Assembly: GCA_964010765.1 (NCBI GenBank)
Contig: CAXGMD010000061.1
Span: 1-21,255 of the forward strand
Reading direction: 5' to 3'
Length of the DNA stretch: 21,255 nucleotides
Source: an uncultured bacterium
GTDB taxonomy: Bacteria > SAR324 > NAC60-12
The stretch's first letter is position 1. Every line of letters starts with the position of its first letter. A program made the position numbers and the translations under genes. The notes beneath the pieces were generated by a model. That model did no database searches. It had not been told where the DNA came from and worked only from the letters and a program-made list of their open reading frames with translations. Below are positions 17,015 to 21,255 of the stretch, piece after piece.

Positions 17015-18817
17015 TTAGACCAGATGTTCTATGATGTACTGCCGACGCTCATTTGTGTTGCCCCCCATGTAGAAATTCAATAATCCGCCGACTTCCTGGA
17101 GATGGTCAATACGTATTGGTTGTAAGAGCATCTGAGGCCCAATAAAAGGTCCAAACTCTTTAGGGGAGATTTCCCCAAGTCCTTTGAATCTAGTGATCTC
17201 AAAATGCTTTCCACTTTTCAGATCAGCAATTGCGGAATCTTTTTCAACTTCATCATAGCAATATTTGGTTGTTTTTTGATTGCGAACACGAAAAAGAGGA
17301 GTCTCTAAAATGAACAGATGTCCTCTTTGAACCAATGTTTCAAAGTATTGAAGGAAGAAAGTTATCAGCAGGTTGCGGATATGAAGTCCGTCAACATCTG
17401 CATCAGTGGCTAGAATTACCTTTTCATATCGTAAGTCGTCAACAGTATCTTCGATACCTAAGGTCTTCATGATGTTGTAGAGTTCTACATTTTTGTACAG
17501 GGCTTCCTGACCTTGACCAAAACAGTTAAGTGGTTTCCCTTTCAGACAGAAAATAGCCTGAGTTTCTACGTTGCGGGAACTGATCATACTCCCACCCGCG
17601 CTCTGTCCTTCAGTTAGAAAGATCATGCTTTCACTGTTATGATTCTTTGAATCGTTTCGATGGAATTTACAGTCCTTCAAGTTTGGAATGGCGAGGGCAG
17701 TCTTACGAGCATTTTCACGAACAGCTTTTTTGACATTTGAGAGTTCCTTACGAACTTTTTCATTCTGTTGAACTTTGCTTTTGAGAGCTTCTGCAGCATC
17801 AGGGTTCTTGAAAAGGGTATCGACAAAACTGTCCCTGACTTGCGTGACGATCCAGCGAAGATCAGTATTGCCGAGCTTGTTCTTTGTCTGTGATTCGAAG
17901 ATTGGTTCTTGAATTTTGACTGCAACAGCACCGACTATTCCTTCTCTGACATCTGGCCCTTGAAAACTGCTTTTGAAGAATTCATTAATGCCTTTCAGGA
18001 TCCCTTCCCTGAAAGCGCTGAGATGGCTACCTCCGTCACTTGTGAAATGCCCGTTCACATAACTAAAATTTGTTTCTCCATATAGATCGGTGTGTGTTAG
18101 GGAATATTCGAGCAAGTCGGCTTGTACATGTAGAATTTCATAAAGTGCCTTTTCACCCACCTCTTTTTCCAACATTTCCTGCAAGCCTCGCTCGGCTTTG
18201 AATTTCTCACCATTGAAAATGAGGCTCAAACCACGATTTAAGTAGGCATAATTCCAAAGCTGTTTCTCAATCAGTCTGAAATCAAACTGGAATCTTGAAA
18301 AGATAGATTCGTCAGGGACAAAGCGAACTACGGTTCCATTCCGTTCTTTTGAAGTTGTACGACCTTCATCAACCAATTCGCCTTGAATGAACTTCGCAAA
18401 TGCCTTTTTTCCATCACGAACAGAACTGACTTCGAAACTCTCTGAAAGCGCATTCACCGCTTTAGTTCCAACACCATTCAGACCGACACTGAACTGGAAA
18501 ACATCACTATTGTATTTTGCCCCGGTGTTAATGCTGGAAACACATTCCACTAATTTTCCTAGGGGGATACCCCTTCCGTAGTCACGAACTTTTACTTCCG
18601 TTTCTTTTAGATTGATTTCTATACGCTTGCCATGGCCCATGATGTATTCATCAACTGAATTATCAATCAATTCCTTGAGGAGTATGTAAATGCCGTCACT
18701 GGATTGTGAGCCATTGCCTAATCGACCAATGTACATTCCAGGTCTTTTACGAATATGCTCCAGTGATGAGAGGGTGATGATTTTGGCTTCGTCGTATTGA
18801 ACGGGTTTAGTTTCCAT
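17015..18817 (-). CDS. parE: Type IIA topoisomerase subunit B, short topoisomerase IV (ParE)-like
   Basis: EHIRKRPGMYIG, ELIDNSVDE, DYGRGIP, GLNGVG, Toprim EGQSA, KGKPLN, TDADVDG and RFKGLGE motifs. 600 aa. Confidence 0.88.
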   Translation of the reverse strand: METKPVQYDEAKIITLSSLEHIRKRPGMYIGRLGNGSQSSDGIYILLKELIDNSVDEYIMGHGKRIEINLKETEVKVRDYGRGIPLGKLVECVSSINTGAKYNSDVFQFSVGLNGVGTKAVNALSESFEVSSVRDGKKAFAKFIQGELVDEGRTTSKERNGTVVRFVPDESIFSRFQFDFRLIEKQLWNYAYLNRGLSLIFNGEKFKAERGLQEMLEKEVGEKALYEILHVQADLLEYSLTHTDLYGETNFSYVNGHFTSDGGSHLSAFREGILKGINEFFKSSFQGPDVREGIVGAVAVKIQEPIFESQTKNKLGNTDLRWIVTQVRDSFVDTLFKNPDAAEALKSKVQQNEKVRKELSNVKKAVRENARKTALAIPNLKDCKFHRNDSKNHNSESMIFLTEGQSAGGSMISSRNVETQAIFCLKGKPLNCFGQGQEALYKNVELYNIMKTLGIEDTVDDLRYEKVILATDADVDGLHIRNLLITFFLQYFETLVQRGHLFILETPLFRVRNQKTTKYCYDEVEKDSAIADLKSGKHFEITRFKGLGEISPKEFGPFIGPQMLLQPIRIDHLQEVGGLLNFYMGGNTNERRQYIIEHLV

Positions 18818-19408
18818 TTCAAAGAACTCAAGTATTAGGATTTTGGGTCTTTCTGAGTTTGCCAGAGAATGGGGATTCTATTCCCCATGAGACAGAAGTT
18901 GGACCTGGCTTGATGGAGATTTGCAAGATGCTCATCTGTGGATCACAGATTGAACTCATCGGGATCATGATTGGACTAGTTGTCTATGAATTCAGATTCA
19001 CAGTTGTTCTACTCTCTCAAAGAGATCATTTTTGAAATAAAATTTGAATTAACTTGTTATTCACTCAAGTCGATTCTTTCTGATGTACATCAAAATCCCA
19101 TAAGATTCATTTTAATCAAATTTTCATTGCACCTGTAAGGACAGACCTATCCAAGTTGATCTTCAGTCGTAATTAAAACTGTCTTTCAAAATAGGCAAAA
19201 AAGTAGAAAACTGCCTCTGGAATTTGGCCAAATTTTATCAAAGGGGACGGGAAAAATCAGAATGAATAATCATTCTGGTGAAGGGAAAGTTTTAGGGGGC
19301 TGATTTTATGTATTGGAATTTTAGAATCTAGTTTTCTTAGCGTATTTTGCCAAAAGAGAATTGAAATGAAGCTGCCTCTCCGAGAACTGTGAGAGAGCGA
19401 TTGATTTC

Positions 19409-20932
19409 TTAGATTGAACCAGTTTTAAAACCTAAATCATTCAAATTAAACAAGGTTTCTTCCGATGCTTGAGAAGTCGGCAGTACTTGGTTATTTGAAG
19501 AATTGATTCCTTTTCGAATCGCAATCACTTGACGCCGATAAACATCATCAATCTCCATACTCTTTTGGGCATTCTTCAGAGCATTGTGAATCGTTGAATG
19601 ACTACGGCCCAAAAACTGGCCAATTTGACTCAATGACATCCCGAAATCTTCTGTCAGAATGTAGACAATGTATTGACGCCCTTTTATTACTCTCTGATCT
19701 CTCCTGCCAGACTTGATATCTTTCAAACTCAAGCGCAGTGCATTGCAGACATGCTGAATAACGTCTTCTTCAGATCTATCAAATGTGGGTGTTAGGTTCC
19801 CAGGAGATGACTGGTCTTCAATACTGATTTCTTTAGCACTGGGTATTAATTTTTTGGCTAGTGCTAAAGAAATTTTCTCGCCCATGAGTGATGAGTGTGC
19901 ACCCAAACGGATTAAGACCCCCTCCAACTGACATATATTCGGTGGTAAGTTACTAATTAAATAGTTGCAAATCTCATCACTCAACTCGATTCGTGAATCT
20001 TTTGCTTTACTCTGAAGGATCTGAAGGCAGGATTTGCGATCTGGAGATGGTAAATCTAGTGAAAGCCCAGATTCCAATTTATTGGCGAGAGTGGAGTTGA
20101 GCCCTGAGATTCTGCTGGGTAAATTGTTAGCAGAAAGGATCACCTGTTTGCCAGATTCCTTGAGGCTGCTTATGGTATGTTTCAGTTCCTGCTGACATTG
20201 TGGTGAACTACTCAATACTTGGACATCTTCCAAGATCAAAATATCTGTATTCCTGAATTTCTCTCGGAATTGCACCATCTGATTGCTGCGAATATCTTGA
20301 ATGAACTGATTCAAGAAATTCTCAGCATTTAGCATCATCAGTTTATTTTCGGGATGCTCTTTCAGCCACTCCTCAGCAAGTGCTTGGAGCAAATAACTTT
20401 TCCCTGTTCCCTCGTTCCCGTAAATGAGAAATGGGTTAAAGCTTTTAGCAGGATTTATCAGGACCTGCTCTACGGCTTTAAAAGCTAATTGATTAAATTC
20501 ACAGATTACAAAGTTCTTGAATCGTCGAGATTCGAGATTCCCAATTACACTTGCAGGATTGGCATCCTTGTCGGTAACAGACTCTGTTGAATCTTTTAAT
20601 TGAAAATCTTCGGCTTCTTGATTTTCGAAAAGAAATTCTTCCTGAATAGCTAAGTTTGATGTTCCTTTAGAACCCACCAGATATTCAAATCTCTTTCGGG
20701 AAAATGTACCAAATTCAGGGTAGGAGTCTGCAAGTGCAGATCTGAGATGGTCCTCGTGATTATTCTTAATATCCAGTCGATGAAGTTCGTGGGGGATTCC
20801 AGCGAAGACAACCTTTGTAGAGGTAATTTTCACCAGCAGCAGGGCATCCAACCAATTTGATCCACATCCTGAAGGAAGCAATTCCCTCAGCCTAGATTTG
20901 CAGATTTTCCATCGGTTGTTGTCAAGATCCAT
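19409..20932 (-). CDS. Divergent DnaA-like protein (domains I-IV present; probable paralogue)
   Basis: FKNFV..NQLA, NPFLIYGNEGTGKS, ILILEDVQ, QLEG and a domain IV helix-turn-helix SLSQIGQFLGRSHSTI. Many canonical residues are replaced. Confidence 0.88.
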   Translation of the reverse strand: MDLDNNRWKICKSRLRELLPSGCGSNWLDALLLVKITSTKVVFAGIPHELHRLDIKNNHEDHLRSALADSYPEFGTFSRKRFEYLVGSKGTSNLAIQEEFLFENQEAEDFQLKDSTESVTDKDANPASVIGNLESRRFKNFVICEFNQLAFKAVEQVLINPAKSFNPFLIYGNEGTGKSYLLQALAEEWLKEHPENKLMMLNAENFLNQFIQDIRSNQMVQFREKFRNTDILILEDVQVLSSSPQCQQELKHTISSLKESGKQVILSANNLPSRISGLNSTLANKLESGLSLDLPSPDRKSCLQILQSKAKDSRIELSDEICNYLISNLPPNICQLEGVLIRLGAHSSLMGEKISLALAKKLIPSAKEISIEDQSSPGNLTPTFDRSEEDVIQHVCNALRLSLKDIKSGRRDQRVIKGRQYIVYILTEDFGMSLSQIGQFLGRSHSTIHNALKNAQKSMEIDDVYRRQVIAIRKGINSSNNQVLPTSQASEETLFNLNDLGFKTGSI

Positions 20933-20935
20933 CTT

Positions 20936-21091
20936 TTACTCATGCATCCAAGTCCAATTGGATATCCTAATTGCCCCACCGAACTCCCCCAGAGTCCGTA
21001 GAAGCTGGAGGATTACCCTGCACCTATCAAAAGTGATGCCGCGTAAGTAACCCTTCAGGATAAGTTCGATTAGCGAATTTTTTTTATTCAT
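20936..21091 (-). CDS. Candidate 51-aa upstream ORF directly before the DnaA-like gene (absent from ORF track)
   Basis: ATG..TAA frame MNKKNSLIELILKGYLRGITFDRCRVILQLLRTLGEFGGAIRISNWTWMHE ends 3 nt before the DnaA-like ATG. Weak RBS. Confidence 0.35.
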   Translation of the reverse strand: MNKKNSLIELILKGYLRGITFDRCRVILQLLRTLGEFGGAIRISNWTWMHE

Positions 21092-21242
21092 TAGAGAAAC
21101 TCAATAAATGAAAGGAGTTTCCCAATGAAAACAGTTGACTTTAGTTTCAGTGGACCAAATTTTAGGTGCCGACTCTTTCGTCAACGTATCAGATAATTTG
21201 CAAAGAAGTGAATCCGTCAATGGAAGGGCCTAATGTAAGCCC
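20975..21242 (-). ncRNA. Candidate structured leader RNA of unknown family
   Basis: Several stems whose non-Watson-Crick positions are G.U on the minus strand and A.C mismatches on the plus strand. See findings. Confidence 0.45.
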
Positions 21243-21255
21243 AGAAGTTTGCATC

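Noticed and set aside
511..18581. Numerous 60-141 aa ORFs in the track overlapping long genes (e.g. 511-771, 9251-9592, 13632-14057, 14758-15105, 16826-17083)
   Set aside because: They are antisense or out-of-frame shadows of well-supported CDSs, with no recognisable motifs.
19258..19277. Fur-box-like AATGAATAATCATT
   Set aside because: One extra base breaks the Fur spacing and the flanks do not match. Kept only as an unassigned palindrome.
19296..19305. GGGGCTGATT matches the tmRNA 5' end
   Set aside because: It is not followed by GGATTCGAC, and a full tmRNA would run into the DnaA-like CDS.
18818..19408. Canonical oriC call
   Set aside because: There are no perfect DnaA boxes, only two relaxed ones, and no dnaN nearby.
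20978..21070. SAM-I-like words (UUAUC, GGCA..GGUGC, AAUCC, CAG..CUG) in the dnaA-like leader; SRP, 5S and 6S RNA also considered
   Set aside because: There is no kink-turn P2 or pseudoknot, no P3 asymmetric bulge and no 3' GAU. The SRP GNRA loop and 5S motifs are absent, and it is too short for typical 6S. Kept only as an unassigned structure.

Overview
Bacterial chromosomal window of moderately low GC. The gene set would fit a marine deltaproteobacterium-like sulfur oxidiser such as SAR324, but that taxonomy is only an inference. The minus-strand backbone runs: divergent DnaA paralogue, parE-like, PrkA/YeaG-like, serA, about 10 kb of mixed genes, parC-like, ROK sugar kinase, tRNA-Leu(GAG) (cut by the window edge). 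The middle holds a TlpA-like oxidoreductase, a MOSC protein, a beta-propeller lipoprotein, flavocytochrome c sulfide dehydrogenase (fccAB), an orphan BaeS-like kinase, a DUF4159-like protein, a site-2 protease and several small proteins. The most unusual part is the right end. The DnaA-like protein has substitutions in its arginine finger, sensor I, sensor II and DnaA-box-reading helix, and has no dnaN behind it. It is preceded by a roughly 270-nt leader rich in strand-specific hairpins that contains a 51-codon ORF ending 3 nt before the start, and is followed by a palindrome-rich 590-bp spacer. No mobile element or CRISPR array was seen. All structure and motif calls were made by eye.
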